NCBI GenBank assembly: GCA_907165135.1
Contig: OU015568.1
Location: 11,532,001 to 11,596,000 of the forward strand
Length of the DNA: 64,000 bases
Reading direction: 5' to 3'
DNA from: Oikopleura dioica
Lineage: Eukaryota > Animalia > Chordata
The translations under genes were made by a program, and so were the position numbers. How positions within the stretch are numbered: position 1 is the stretch's first letter; each line of letters begins with the position of its first letter. The notes below the pieces were generated by a model that was not told the DNA's origin, made no database searches, and saw only the letters and a list, made by a program, of their open reading frames with translations. This document shows, piece by piece, positions 1 to 14,600 of this stretch.

Positions 1-2667
1 ATTTAGAAGGACTTTTAATACGCGATGGAAATTTGGAAGTTTCGACTGACTCTCTTTTCTTATCAAGAAACCTTTTAATTTCGAATATCGTAAAAGGCGA
101 ACTTGGAGCCGCATAAAATCGAGAGAAAACTGAGCAATTAGACCATACAGGGCAGGTTCCATCTCGGATTCAGAACGATCTAAATACTAATCCGCGCGGG
201 GATTACCCTAAACGTAATGCGCCGATTGGCGTGAAATCCCCTGCCTATCTTTCGTAATTTCGCTGGCTTTGGAACGTGGCACTTATTTCGGTCCAGTTTT
301 TTCGACGAGAGATGATCGCTTCCGCCTCACTCATTATAAAACAGTTACTTCGGATGTTTACGTGAGAAACACTTTTGCCGCAAAATGGAAGCGACACAGC
401 AGATTCATCCGGAATCGGGAAATCGCCAACCCAGATTTTTCACTTCCTTTCTATCCTTCCCAGATTTTCATTTTAGAAGTTTTTCAAGATGGCTTTCTTT
501 TTTAAAAAAGAAGCTGGGCTGGGCAATCTGTGTAGAAAGCCTGAGTCAGGTTCTGACGATCCGAAATGAAAAGCCGGAAAGCGTCATTGCTACGACGAAG
601 CCACAATTTGTCTCTTTTATATTGGGGAAGCCGCTTTGCGGCTTCTTTTTTTTTTAAAGCCGCTACGCAGCTTTTCTTTTTGGGTCTTCAGAATCTGACT
701 CATGTTTCCTACTCAGGTTGCTGAGCCCAGAAACGAAGAAAATAGATTAAATATTCAACTAAACAGTTAAATAACGCTTCGACTGTAGAGTTTCGAGAAG
801 TAAGGATGCTTTTGGTTATGAGCTGGATTCATTCTCCGCCGCAAATGCTCTGTCTAACGGGGTACTTGACGCTAGAAGCTCGCAGATTTACATTTTTTCT
901 GTTCAATTTCGCGGGTGCTCGAAAAATTCTAGCTCCGAAAAGCACCATAATGAACGGCAAGAAGCATAATTTCCTTCTTCTGTCGCACTTCTTCGCACTA
1001 GCGGGTGGAAAATGGAAGCACGATTAAAATGGAAGTTGGTGCTTTCAGATGATTATTTTTGGCGAAATATATAGTTCGTTTGATCCCATTACGTCCACTC
1101 GTTTCTGTTTGGAGCTTTAGATAAGCTCAGCGGAGAAAAGGAAATATTTTAAAAGAGCTTATTAGAATACACGTTCTAAAAATATAACCCCGTTTATGGA
1201 CCTTTTTGAACGTCAGAAACGCTCTTCACAAAGATCATTTCAACTCGGCGAGTCCGAATTCTAGTCCGAAAAAGTTCGTGGGAGCTGGGAAGGAGTCATA
1301 TGTATTCTAGCATAAGCACTGTATCGCCTCCACCGCAACAGATCGGAGACCGACTTGAGCCCGTTTCCGTGACATGCATACCGCTACTCACCGGTGAATG
1401 CTGATCAGTTAAGGGTTAACTGACGAGGGCACTTAAATCAACCCGGATAGAGAACGTAATCCTGAGTGATATATTCAAATTTATTTTAATCAACTCAGAG
1501 TTTTTTCTTATTCGTCTTACCAACGCAAAACTACTTCCTGCTTTTCATCACTGATTGAATCACTGATGATTAATTAAAACAAGAAAAGAGTAAGAGAGAG
1601 AATTGGTCCACTTGAAGATGAGCTTTAGAAATTTAGAGGTGTTAGAAACAACTTTAATCTCAAGTACAAGTAATTACTGTAAGTAACTCTTCTATTCTCA
1701 GTAAAATATGGAAGTTCCAAATAAGGATGCTGACACAAATTGGCCAGCCATTACCAAGTGTTACGTTTACGAAGCAAATAAAATTATATAACCTTATTAT
1801 TCTCTACAGTTTTATATCAAATTATGAGAAGAAATTTAGTAGAAATTATATAATCGCTGACTGCCAGAGGGATGAAATGCTCTGCCCCGAGTCTCGTGCA
1901 AGTCCTAATCATGCCTTATTTGCGTGTTCAAGGCGAAAGTCGCCTGAAGTGCGTTTACATAACCTTTCTGCAAGGTCTACCTAGCTGACCATTACATAAT
2001 TCTCACGCAACCCTGGAAACTAAAAGACCGATTTACCGAATTTCTAGAGCACCTATTTTCATTTTTAAAATTCCAAAGCCAAGTTCAGTTGCGTTTTCAA
2101 CTTTGACAAAAAGAGGTAGCCAAGACAACGGATTTTTGCTTTATAAGTTTTTTACAATCACGCGGCGGGTTCGTGTAACTGACCAAATGCTCGCGATAAA
2201 ATCGAGAAGAAGCAGTCGCAGCCCGTCACATTACCGGAAAAATTTAAATAGAGAAGAGTACTAACCGAAAAAAATCGAACTTTCGAAAGAAACTCGCGAG
2301 CTTCAGAATTTCACGAGCTTCAGCAACAAACGCCTTCCATAGCCACTTTACCTACACCCTTCTCTAGACCAATTTATGTTGTGCTTCGTCCAAATCAAAA
2401 TCGTAGAGATCAAAAGACTGCCTTCAAAAACCTCCGAAAGAACAACCCAAAAGCCTCATTGTGACAACCTTATTGAGCCTATATTCACTTCCCTCACTTT
2501 GTTCGATACGTAATAGACCCTTGAATTTTATACGTACCCACGTCGCTGCCCACATCGAACAAGAGAGGAAACGCTTTTCATGTTCCACTTTGTCAATCTA
2601 CAGTCAAAAAACTTTTTAAAAATGTCAACTTACCACGTAAATTTAGAGTTTTTGTTGTTCGTTCAAA

Positions 2668-4007
<1,340 letters not shown>

Positions 4008-4145
4008 AGCTCCTTTTTGCCTAGCAAAGCTAATTTATGAAAAAACAGTCTGTGCTACCACAAGTGCTCAAGGAAAGCATTTACTCTGTCTATGTTGATA
4101 TGTTATGTGTCCAAATCTGTTCAAAACCTTCAAAATTCCATACGG

Positions 4146-4202
4146 AATAAACGTTCAAGTTTAAAACCTACCCAGCCTTGTCTTTCTTTTTATTGTTTCT
4201 AG
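4146..4202 (+). promoter_or_regulatory. GAPDH polyadenylation signal followed by a pyrimidine tract and TTTCTAG acceptor: candidate intercistronic / SL trans-splice site
   Basis: AATAAA at 4146-4151, T-rich tract at 4181-4200, AG at 4201-4202, next ATG at 4211. There is little room for a separate promoter and no matching upstream donor was found. Confidence 0.5.
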
Positions 4203-4210
4203 GTTCGAAA

Positions 4211-6784
4211 ATGTTAAACGAACTGAAAGGAAGTCCTCATTAAACCTACGTAATTTCTTCTGAATGAATCGCGGTAGACATTAAATTCTTTGAGAAAGTT
4301 GCTGATGTTCGTTCTGTAGTCCCCCACCCTCTTTCTCTCTCCTACGATTGGTTGACGAAAGGAAAGCCCCAGCACTCGAGGCTGACTCACGGATATTTGA
4401 AGATAATTTCGACGTTTCTTTTCAATCCAAAGGTCACTCCTACAAGGACGCGTTTTTGAGACCAAAAATTCCAAAGAAATAGAGAGATGGACGAAAGAAG
4501 CGTTTACTCGATCTATTTTTCGAAGAAAGCCCAAAAAGAAGCAATAAATTTTCTAGTTGGAGAATTGGAAAGAAATAAATGGAAGACATCTTTTTACGAC
4601 GGAGAAAGCAGAATTTTGTTGATACATCCGACGCTAGAGGGACTCTATCTTTCGGCGGAGCGATACTTTTTGTACAAGAAATGCAACAGTGTTCCTCCCT
4701 TTCAGCCTTTCAACTCTGACATAAAGGAAGGGATCCTATAAGTGAAAATACATGGTTTGATGTTACGGTAATAAACTGAAATCATCATTTAATGATCCCA
4801 ACTATAGGATCAATTCATCCACATCGAAAATGGCATTGATTTTTTCACAGCAGCAGAACAATTGCTGTTGATAAAGAAGGACTTGGAGAATCTCCGAGCT
4901 GGGGACAAAGATTCAATTGTTCCTGGTCATCCTGAAGCAACTCTCTACCCGGGGAAGAGTATTTTGCGGAGATTTATATCAGCTGAACTGATTGGTGAGC
5001 ATTATCCTCTTCATGATCGGGAAGATTTGGATAAGCTTAGAGCTTCTTGGCTTCGAAACAAGGAGAGGATTTGAAATTAATGCTATTGAATAGCTTTAGT
5101 TGAAGTATGATGATTAGATTTTCAATCCGACTAAGTTAAACTTGATCAACCAGCCACTGAAGATGCTGGATGAATATTTCGGAGTAGAACTTGGGCTATA
5201 TTTTTCGTTTGTTGAGACGTACGCACGCGCACTCGTTGTTTTAGTTCTCGTCATTTTCGCAAACATGGTATTAAATTTGAACCCGATGCTGACTTCCGTC
5301 CTTGTGATTGCCTGGTCTTTCGGGTTTATTCTTGTCTGGAGACGCGGTGAAATGGACCGGGCTTATAAGAAAGGAATTCTGAACACTGTCGAACGTGGAT
5401 GGGAGGAAGCGCGTCCAGAGCATTTCGGAAAGCTTTCCAGAAACGAGATTACCGGAAAACAAGAGCCGCATTACGGGACGGGTTAGAAACATGTTTGCAT
5501 TTTTATCAAAGGTGTGGCTCCAAAAGAGCGCTCCGGCATTTTCAACTACAACGCGCGAACTTTAGATCACTAAAAAGCATTTGAAAAAATGCCTTTTTGA
5601 AAAAATTTATATGTTTTGAAACCAATTAAAAGATCCATTCAAGCAGAAGATGAGAATAATCGCTTCATACAGTGCAACTGCCCTCTGTTGCTATGCGTCG
5701 TATCTGATCATGGAATACTATTATTCTTGGGAAAAATATGCGTACGCTGAATTTGGAATCGACTCTTACACGGCCATGGTTCCCGGAATTATCTACACGA
5801 TTATCGTTATCATCACTTCCCAAAAATACCGCCAATTCGCCCGGAAATTGACAAACTTCGAAAACCACCGAACGGAATCCGCCTTTCAGAAAAACCTTCT
5901 CGCCAAGTTACTCGTGTTCGAATTCATCAACAACTTCCTCGTCCTGTACCTCCTCGCGTTCATTTACGAAGATCTGGAAATGCTCAGGAGTACCGTGATA
6001 ACTACGATGACAATTTCTCAAGTTTTCGTTGAAATTTTCGAAGGCGTGGTACCATTCATGGTATATAAGAAGCGGACTAAGGAAGGGCTTTTGTGAATGC
6101 GCTGGAATGTTTTTAGTTACAATAAGTGTTAAGTACACACTCGTATTAAAACTCTTAGTTGATTGATAAAAGAAGATAAGCCTGGAAAGAATTTGAATAA
6201 GAACTTTTCGAACCTGTGCGAGCAAGCGACGTACGAAGCGAACCGAGACGAGTACGAAGGGCACTTTGATGAGTACCTCGAGATTTGGATTCAATTCGGC
6301 TACGTAGTCCTCTTCACTTCTATTTACGAGTACGCGCCGCTCTGTGCTCTCGTCGCCACGATTATCGAAATTAGAAATGACGCGCACAAGTTTTTGAATC
6401 TATTCAAGAGGCCGGAATCTAGAATCGCCGGTGAGTTCAGCCTGTTTAGAATTTCAACCTGGAGAACAACAAAGCCTTCCAAATGCTCGAATTTCAATAC
6501 CCATTTTCATTTCAGAGTCAATTGGCTTCTGGGACGACGCATTCTCGCTGCTTGCATTCCTCGCGATTCCAACCCAGATCGGTCTCGGAAAGATGATGGG
6601 CCTCACAACCTGGAAAAAGGCAGCGATTGCCGAGCACTTGGTCATCTTCCTCGCAGTCTTCGTTAACAGGCTCCGGCCATGTCCAGCAGAAACGCAAAAA
6701 CAAATAGACCGCGACGAGTATTTTAGAACTCATCGTCACGAGAGCCATTTACTGAAAAAAGTTCAGGAAAATAAACACGATTGA
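4211..6784 (+). CDS. ANO10: Anoctamin, ANO10/TMEM16K-like lipid scramblase or channel (N-terminal exons uncertain)
   Basis: Exons ~4487-4726, 4808-5062, 5118-5481, 5633-6081, ~6173/6181-6430, 6516-6784, plus probable 4211-4229 and 4278-4432. Peptides LENLRAGDKDSIVPGHPEATLYPGKSILRRF, YFGVELGLYFSF, ENHRTESAFQKNLLAKLLVFEFINNF and FDEYLEIWIQFGYVVLF are colinear with vertebrate ANO10 as I recall it. Confidence 0.9.
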
Positions 6785-7021
6785 AGAAGTTTTTAGATTC
6801 ACTTTTCCGTAACTTTGAGCGCGGAATGCTGAGTAAGGAGTCCGAAACGGGCACGTAAGTGGACATAGGGTGTCGGAATTCAGCCCTCGTTCGCAGGCAT
6901 GGGTCGCGCACCGCTTGTTGGAATTTCAGTCCCAGCAGTTTTCAGAAACTCTTGGAAATTCAAAATGTTGCTCTTAGATGATCCTTTTCTACGGGGAATA
7001 GAAGTTACTGGGCTCTAAGTA

Positions 7022-7180
7022 CAGTGGTGAATCCTCGATTGGGAAGGACGCGCTGAATCCTCGATTGGGAAGCGGCAGCGCATATAGCAAGCCAATCTCT
7101 AGAGAAGAGCGGTGCGGACCGAATCCTCGATTGGGAAGCGGCAAGTCAAAGTGACCTTCCCAATCGAGGATTCACCACTG
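7022..7180. mobile_element. 159-bp Tc1/mariner-type MITE
   Basis: Perfect 26-bp TIRs CAGTGGTGAATCCTCGATTGGGAAGG (7022-7047 / 7155-7180), TA on both flanks (7020-7021, 7181-7182), and internal direct copies of GAATCCTCGATTGGGAAG at 7055 and 7121. Confidence 0.85.
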
Positions 7181-9719
7181 TAATCTGATAAGCGAATTAC
7201 GGGCGAGTTATTACTTCTGGGCATTTGGGAAACAACGATTGATGAAAATCAAAACGCTCGTCTTGATGTGGCGATATTTTGAGCGGCGCAGGCTTCTAAA
7301 AACATGTTGCTACCAAAAACTTGTTGTTGCTCGTAGTTTATTTGGGACACAGTGTAACACTTTGCTCGAAAATCCCATTTGTAACATTTATTCGCAATTC
7401 CACGATAATCTAATATTTAGGGGAAACGTTGACGAGAGAGCTTACAGGGAAATTTCTCAACTCCAAAATCAACATCACTTTTTTTTGCTTTGGCACATCA
7501 TCTCCTGGCATGTTTTTTCTACGAACATCCCTTTGAAAGGTGTGGTGCGCTTATGAAGCGCGTCAATTTTTAGTGTAAAATTCGATTCCGCCACTCTCTT
7601 TTAACGAGTGCTCATTGTTTTCAATTCAATGCTACCGTTCGGCGAAGTTGCATTGCCTCTACCTACGTGGTCCCTCTTTCATTTATATTCTCTGATGTTA
7701 CAAAGAAGTAAAAATGTTCGATTACGTATTCGTGTAATTCGCGGATTAGGAAGAGAAACACAAGTCCGGCGAAAAATTCTCTATATGTTCTATTGCTGAA
7801 ATTCTATCATTTTCACAACGGGTTATCTTAAGTACCATGTCAAGCTAATCCTATAATGATGATGCTTAGAGGGAAAATTATCAACTTTCGTCTTGAGATT
7901 AGCAGAAACCCAGGGTAACTTCCTCTCTCAGTAGGATCGCTTCTCCATGAATAGCAATATTCACGGAAATTCTAGTTTCGAGGAAATTTTGGACTAAATG
8001 AACTTTTTTGTTGAAAGACACGGCAAAAGTGCAAAACGGCTACGTAGCGCGATGCAGGCCTTCGTGAATCCACAATCCGCTTCCCAGAATCACCCAAATA
8101 CTGATAAAGCTACACAGGCAGGAGATATGATCAGCTTTCTTTGTAACACGTGTAGATCTTCTAAAGACGCGTTCGACGAGATCAGTCTCTAAAATCCCAC
8201 CATGTTAGTGCTGATAATATCAGTTGGCGATATTCAACTTGGGCTGGTATATTCCGATAACCCAAATATTATGGCATTTATGTTAATGGCTTAACGCTCT
8301 ACCGCATCACCAATACAACCATCAATAAACTCCGAATTGCCGTATCTACTCGATATCTAAGAATAATCACTTCCTTCTCGCTACACCTTTTTGATAAAAA
8401 AAATGGTCGATAAAAGTCTCTTTCGAGTACCACAGTACTAACCGCAATACTACTACCTAGAACACGTCACTTTCAGAAAGCACCGTATAATTATCCTGCC
8501 AAGTTCAAGAGGACCCCCTTGTCAAATTTTTACAGTTCTTTTTTCGTGAAAAGGAAATTATACCCGAGTAAGTTTCTTTCAAAAAAGTTTGTTGTAATCA
8601 CAACCGATCTCCGCGAGCCATCTAAATATCGTCGCAAGCATAAGGGAAGTGGAGGTATTCTAAGTTTAGAACTAACCACACTTCTTGTTTCCGGACATTC
8701 CCGTAGGTGAGGGAACACGCCATGTTTCCGCCACTACAGCGTAGTCACTAAAGATTGGCAAAACTCCGCACTAACGTGAAAGCAGACCACAAAACGTAGC
8801 ATTAATTTTGTGTTCCTCAACGTGATCGATTATAAAACTGACATAAATTGAAAAATAAACGATTAAGACATCTACAAGAAATGGAGTTTTTTAAAGTGGA
8901 ACACAAATAAAAGACATTTTCTAGCCATTTTCTGCAGAAAATGACATTTTCTGACTTGTTTTCGAGGCCAAGATATTAAAGCAAAGTCTTTGCGATCGTA
9001 TAATTAGCTCTTCTGTAATAAAAACAGCGTCTAATTAACGCCAGTAATTAAATTTGCAAAATCGAACGGCTCTCTATTTTGCGCTCAAACCGGAATTCTA
9101 AATTTGACGCTATCAACCCAAGTCCGGAATTCACCAATTACAGATTTCGTTAATTAGACAAGCTTTCTTCATCTCGTAATTTTGGGAGGGGGACAATATT
9201 CATTTAAAAAACGTAGCATGCGATGCATGTGTGTGGCAGGGTAGATGTTACAAGTCCCAACACGCTTAAATTTCTCCCTGTTTGCACAAAAATATGGGCT
9301 AATGCTCTTTCCTCAGTTCACACGTTTGTGGCAATGGATGGGATTTCATTTGCACACAAATAGGGAAACATTTGTGAAACACAACAATCTGGTAGAGAAG
9401 CGCCTGCTTGCTTGTTTATACAGCACAAGAAGAATAGGACAAGGCCAACTGATAAGGAAATCAAGAGATAGCCAAGTTTTTCAAGGGCTTCCTCGTCATT
9501 TTTTGGGAAGGACAGGTTTTTTATTATAACTCAAGTTTGATAACTTCTGAGTCAGACTTTTCGACCATGAAATCCTCCGTTGTAAATAATCATATCAGCA
9601 TATATCTTGCTCTGACTCTATCAGAAAAATTACGCGGAAATATCGAGTTTCCCTTTTCATCAAAATTAGCTTGACATTAAAAATAAATTAATCTTTGTAA
9701 GAAAGTTGACCCTCTACGT

Positions 9720-11604
9720 CAGTCTTTGTTGACTCCGGTGATTATCTGCCGGACAGGGGATTCTTCAAGTACTTAGTGTTAGGCTCATTTTTCGATAAAA
9801 TTTTCAAGTTGCGTCATGCGTTTGGGGCGAGTCTAAGTTTATCGCGACCTTGAAGGTTATCACTGGCCTCTGCGGAATTCCGGGATAACGGATAAAGTCG
9901 CAGCTTATCGAGCTGAGAAATCATTAACGACTCCTGCAAAATATACACAACGCATAATGTCCAAGGCATTTTCGCTTTCGATGAAGCTACTTGAAAGCTA
10001 TCTTGTTTCATAAACATTTTTTTTCGCTTATTCGTCTTTTGATAAATACGTAAGGAAATATGATAGCCTAAGTAGCGCGTTATACTTCTTGTTTTGCATA
10101 ATTTTTTATGTTCCCATTGTACCCCGAATAAAATTCTGTGCTTTTATGTCTTTATTTCTAAAAAGATGTTTGCATAATTAATAAACACGGGAACATATTC
10201 GACTTGCAGTCGCTCGTTTTCAGACCGAAATGGGTGACCAAAAGACGTGTTTAATTGCGTGCACTGGTCAGCACCTTGTACCGCTTGGGTGTTCCTCTCG
10301 TTGAAGCTATTTTTACATATCTTGCGATGATCAGACCAGCTCTAGAACCAACGTGATCACAGGGGAGCGCACACCCTTACCGCAAAAAAATGCGTTTTAG
10401 AAAAAATTCAAAAATTGAATATGCAAATTTTTCTCAGAAAAAAGGACCTTCTGTATTTGATCTTCAGATGAGAGATTTAAGATCTTTCGAAATAATTTTT
10501 CGCGCAAAGTATTCAATACTTGATGATTTTCTTTATCTTTCGTGCATCCTCCGGTAGCGTTATCTGGTAGCAGGTTTAATCTGCGCTCGGCCAATTCTAT
10601 TTCCCGGGATGATCCTCAGCTTCTCGTACTGAGACGTGGAGATGTATATCTGTTTGTGAGTGTAAACTCTCGAGTACTAGTTACCCCACGAATCACCCGC
10701 TGATAAATGATAACCGCCTTTGGTATACAAGCGATTACTTCTCCTCACTCTTTCATTTTGTGTGATTTTATCAGCTGCTTTTTGGAAACGCCAGCCCATC
10801 CAGAAATCCGCCTGCTTCGAAACCACGTGTATTTTTCCACGCAGAAATTTTAAAGCCGGCCCATTTTCGCTGCTAGGAACATGACAACGTAACAGCGAGG
10901 CTAAACAGCAACCCTAAATTCCCTAAAAAACACTGCATGTTTTGCCAATGCTCATTCCTTCCCCCTTTTTTCTGGCAGGGAGCAATTACGCTGGCATTGT
11001 TTCGAATTCTCCAGCGGATGAGACGATTCCAAAATTGCCGGTCTAATTGTTGTTCATGTTTTATTTTAACCCAGATAAAGACTTAGGGTGCTAAAGTGGG
11101 ACATCCTTAATACTACTTTAGCTACAAAACCTGCATGATTCATGACAGTTATCTTACAGGTGATGCTTTGTTTCACTCTACATTTATCACGAAAAACAGA
11201 TAATGATAAAGTAGAAAATAATATTTTAGAAAGACTTTTTCCTTTGACGAATTCCGATCACTTTAGAACTGTAAATATAGCAGATAATCTAATTCTCGAG
11301 ATCAGTGCGCAGTGCCATGTCATCAGTTAGAAAAGAGCAGGTTGTTTTCTCTTGCGTCGGCTAATCGGTTTTATGCACGGGCGAAGAAGGTCTGAGTGCA
11401 TCGCCTTGATGCACTTACTTCACGGGGTCACTGTTTTCGTAAAGCTAAATAGCTTAGACAGGCCGATGATGCTTTTCGTAAAGGGATTCCATCATTCCTG
11501 TATAAACCAACGTGCTTCTCCGTCATCCCCTCATTTGCCAATCGCGCTCTAAGCAGACGAAGTAACGCTCCACACTCTCGGCCAAAGACGCCCAAACTGC
11601 TCAT
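9720..11604 (-). CDS. Unidentified multi-exon gene, head-to-head with the SNX gene; 3' end unresolved
   Basis: ATG at 11604 (MSSLGVFGRECGALLRLLRARLANEGMTEKH...), followed by several short splice-bounded open segments (e.g. ~11268-11241, ~10580-10446). VFG...GLY spacing is faintly RhoGAP-like, but I could not confirm the domain. Confidence 0.3.
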
Positions 11605-14600
11605 TTTCTATCTGCGGCCGGCGAAAAACATATTTTGACGTGCTTCCTCATTTCAGAACTTTAATTGAACCTTTTGAGTTTTCTTCCCGCTATATTTCAA
11701 AACATAGACATCGAAATTACAGACTTTTGGTAGATAAAGAAACAACAAATCTTCAATTGAAGTCAGACCAAGAACTTCTAGCGGAATAGCGCTTTTTAGG
11801 ATTAGAATAGTAAACCAAAGATTGAGCCTCAAAAGAGCGATATGAATGGTAAAAATGGACAATCGGTAAAAATCGTGGAAGCAATTTCGGAGCGCCTTGA
11901 AGTCAAGTACTCAATAAAAACAACAACGACACATGATGATTTTCAAGGTAAAAGTTGCGGGAAAATCTCGGGCACTTGGGCAGTAAATGAAGTTCAACGC
12001 TATCGTGTCTTTTTTTTAAAGTTCATACTTTTTTGTGAACGAAAACGACTGGTATTGGATAGGATCTTCTCTAATCATAATTATGCAAATCAGAAGTCTC
12101 TCTTTTTTGAAAAGGGTTTATCTTTAGGAAACACTTTCACGGTGATGCGCACGCATGGTGAATTTGAATGGCTTTTCAGCTCACTAGCGGAGAACCCCAA
12201 GTACTGGGGATTTATCATACCGGTATGCTCTCGCTTTCCGGAAATCGTAATTGAATTTATTTCAAGGGCAAGCCTGAGAAATGTGATATGTCTGAAATAA
12301 GGGCGCGATTTGGGCGACTTGTTGAATTTGAAGAAATGCACAGGAAAGAGTGGCCATTGTAAAAGTTCAACGCTTTGAAATTCAAAGTTTGAATCATAAT
12401 TTTTTTGAAGTTGCTTGGCAAGATTGTCTGCGTAAATTAATTCTTTTTTACCCAGTAGCGTATGTTAAACCCGGTCGTGCACGTTAACCCCCAGCTGCGC
12501 CCTCGACATCGAGATTAAACGAAAAAATGTGATCGGGTTTATTCTTGCATTAGAACTACCACTGCTCTATTAGAGACAGAACTAATGACGTTTTGGGCAA
12601 TGGGCATTGATCGTAGCAAAGTGAATTAGCTTCTGGGCGCTTTGTGACACCTAATTGTGAGGGTAAAACGCGTTGAACCGTTTTTGGTAACTCTGCGGCA
12701 AGCCATGACGAATTCGTTCGTGAGAAGGACGAAGTCACCGCTCAGTACTTAGGGAAGGGGGATCATGCGCCCAAGGAAATTTCTTTCTAAGCCATTTATT
12801 TCTGAAGATTTTCGCTCTCTCCTTTATTCCCTAGGATATGAAGGTGAAACGGTTTCACCGCTAGAAATTCAAAGGATACTAAGTTTCGGCTAAAAAGGAA
12901 AGTTAAACTTAGCTCGGCTTCCATAAGCACTCGTGTCGGCTTTTCCCGACATTCTCCCTGAATAGCTGAATTCAAGCGCACAGTCGTTCGCCACGAACTC
13001 TTCTTGAAACGAATAGGTACGTGTCAAACCGTAATAACCGCCCCGTTCCTGTCGAGCGGCAGCTTTCATTTCAAGTTCAGTGGAGCATCCAACACTCAGC
13101 GCTGATGGCGATTTGCAATTATTTTTGACGTTTCCAGGTTTGATTTCAGCGATCGCGTCAACACGCTTAACAAGCACGTTTTAGGTCAATTAGAAGTTCC
13201 CCAGCAGAAGAGTTCTATTTATTTTGAAAATTTAACACGAATTCAAATAGAGCTCTTTTTAGTCTTCAGGAAAGCTTTTGAATTTCTTCAAAGCAATTTA
13301 CAAAACTGACGATTCTTCTCTTCTATCAATCGAAGGTTTGTGTTAGTATACTGCCCTCAACATGAGCAGAATTCGGTGAATGTTGGACTTGAGCTTCTCA
13401 GTCCTCTAATGAGCCGCCGAACGTGTCGTAATTCAACGCGAATTTCACTGCGTTTGAGAATTTTACATGGAAAATGGCATCTTCAAAGATGATGCGAGAA
13501 CACATGTTTAGGGATTTGTAATTTGTGGTTAGTTTTCATGAATCAGTACCCTATTTCTTGGAATGATCGTAAAGTTTTGTCTCGTCGTCGTTAATATGAA
13601 ATGGATAATAATTATTAAAATTTATTAAATAGAAAAATAAGTGCTGTGGTCATGGGTACATGGAGCAATAGAAACTTTTGTTGCATTTTAAAAATGGAAT
13701 TATGAAGAGAAAAAACATTTTAAGGAATTCATATTTTGAGAGTAACTGAAACAAAAAGTAACAGGGCTTAAATGCAAGTTCAGACCGAAAGATGGCGCAA
13801 AGTACCACCTGATTGCAGCGAGATATCGCGGTAGGAGCCATCTGATTTTTGGCCTTATCTGATCTAAAAGTTTACTGTTTGAACTCAGCTGGCCCTTAGA
13901 TGCATAGTAAAATGCTGGACATTAGTTTAGAGCACCAAGAAGCTCATCGTTTACATTAAACTAGCCATAGACAAGTTTTTACTAACAAGCGTTTTGATTG
14001 TACATGACTACGATTCATGTCGTTACGGCACCGTTTGCTCGAAACAGATTATCCCTTTTATCTTCAAATATACTTTAGATAGCGACTTCTTCTTCGAAAC
14101 GAATAAAAACTTCGTGCTCGATTATCTGCCGAAACTTCAGGGATGAAGGGGCTTTAACACTCATAAAGATAACTCCAGATTTTTCCATTGCCGTCGTAAA
14201 AACTCCCTAAAATTGAGTCATTTGCAACGAAAACGTTGAGTATACATATCTTCTTGGAATTTCTTATACATTTTTCGATCGATTAAATTCAGCGTAGACT
14301 GTGATGTATAATCTCGTGTATAGGAAAGATGTAAACCTGACTAGTGTCTCCGGCGCTAATATATTACTCTGATGCAATAGCTAATCAGATGCTCTAAATA
14401 ACATGGTTCCGATACTTGACCAGGTCGAGTTTCCCTGACAAAGACATGCTCCGCTGCATACAAGGAGACAAGCACTTTTCGTCATCACTTATCTTTTCTA
14501 TCAATCCCCGGTCCCGACAATCCTTCACTTTTTCGTTCTAAAGTCAAACTGATAGCTAACCACCAAGTTTCATGTTCAAACATCATTTTTCGACAAAACC

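Noticed and set aside
1-2600. Scattered ORFs upstream of GAPDH, including a protein-like minus-strand stretch near 490-620
   Set aside because: No coherent exon chain or recognisable family; a partial gene cannot be excluded.
8530-8718. PLPLCLRRYL, resembling the end of a SOCS box
   Set aside because: The N-terminal LxxLCR half is absent and I could not build a consistent exon structure.
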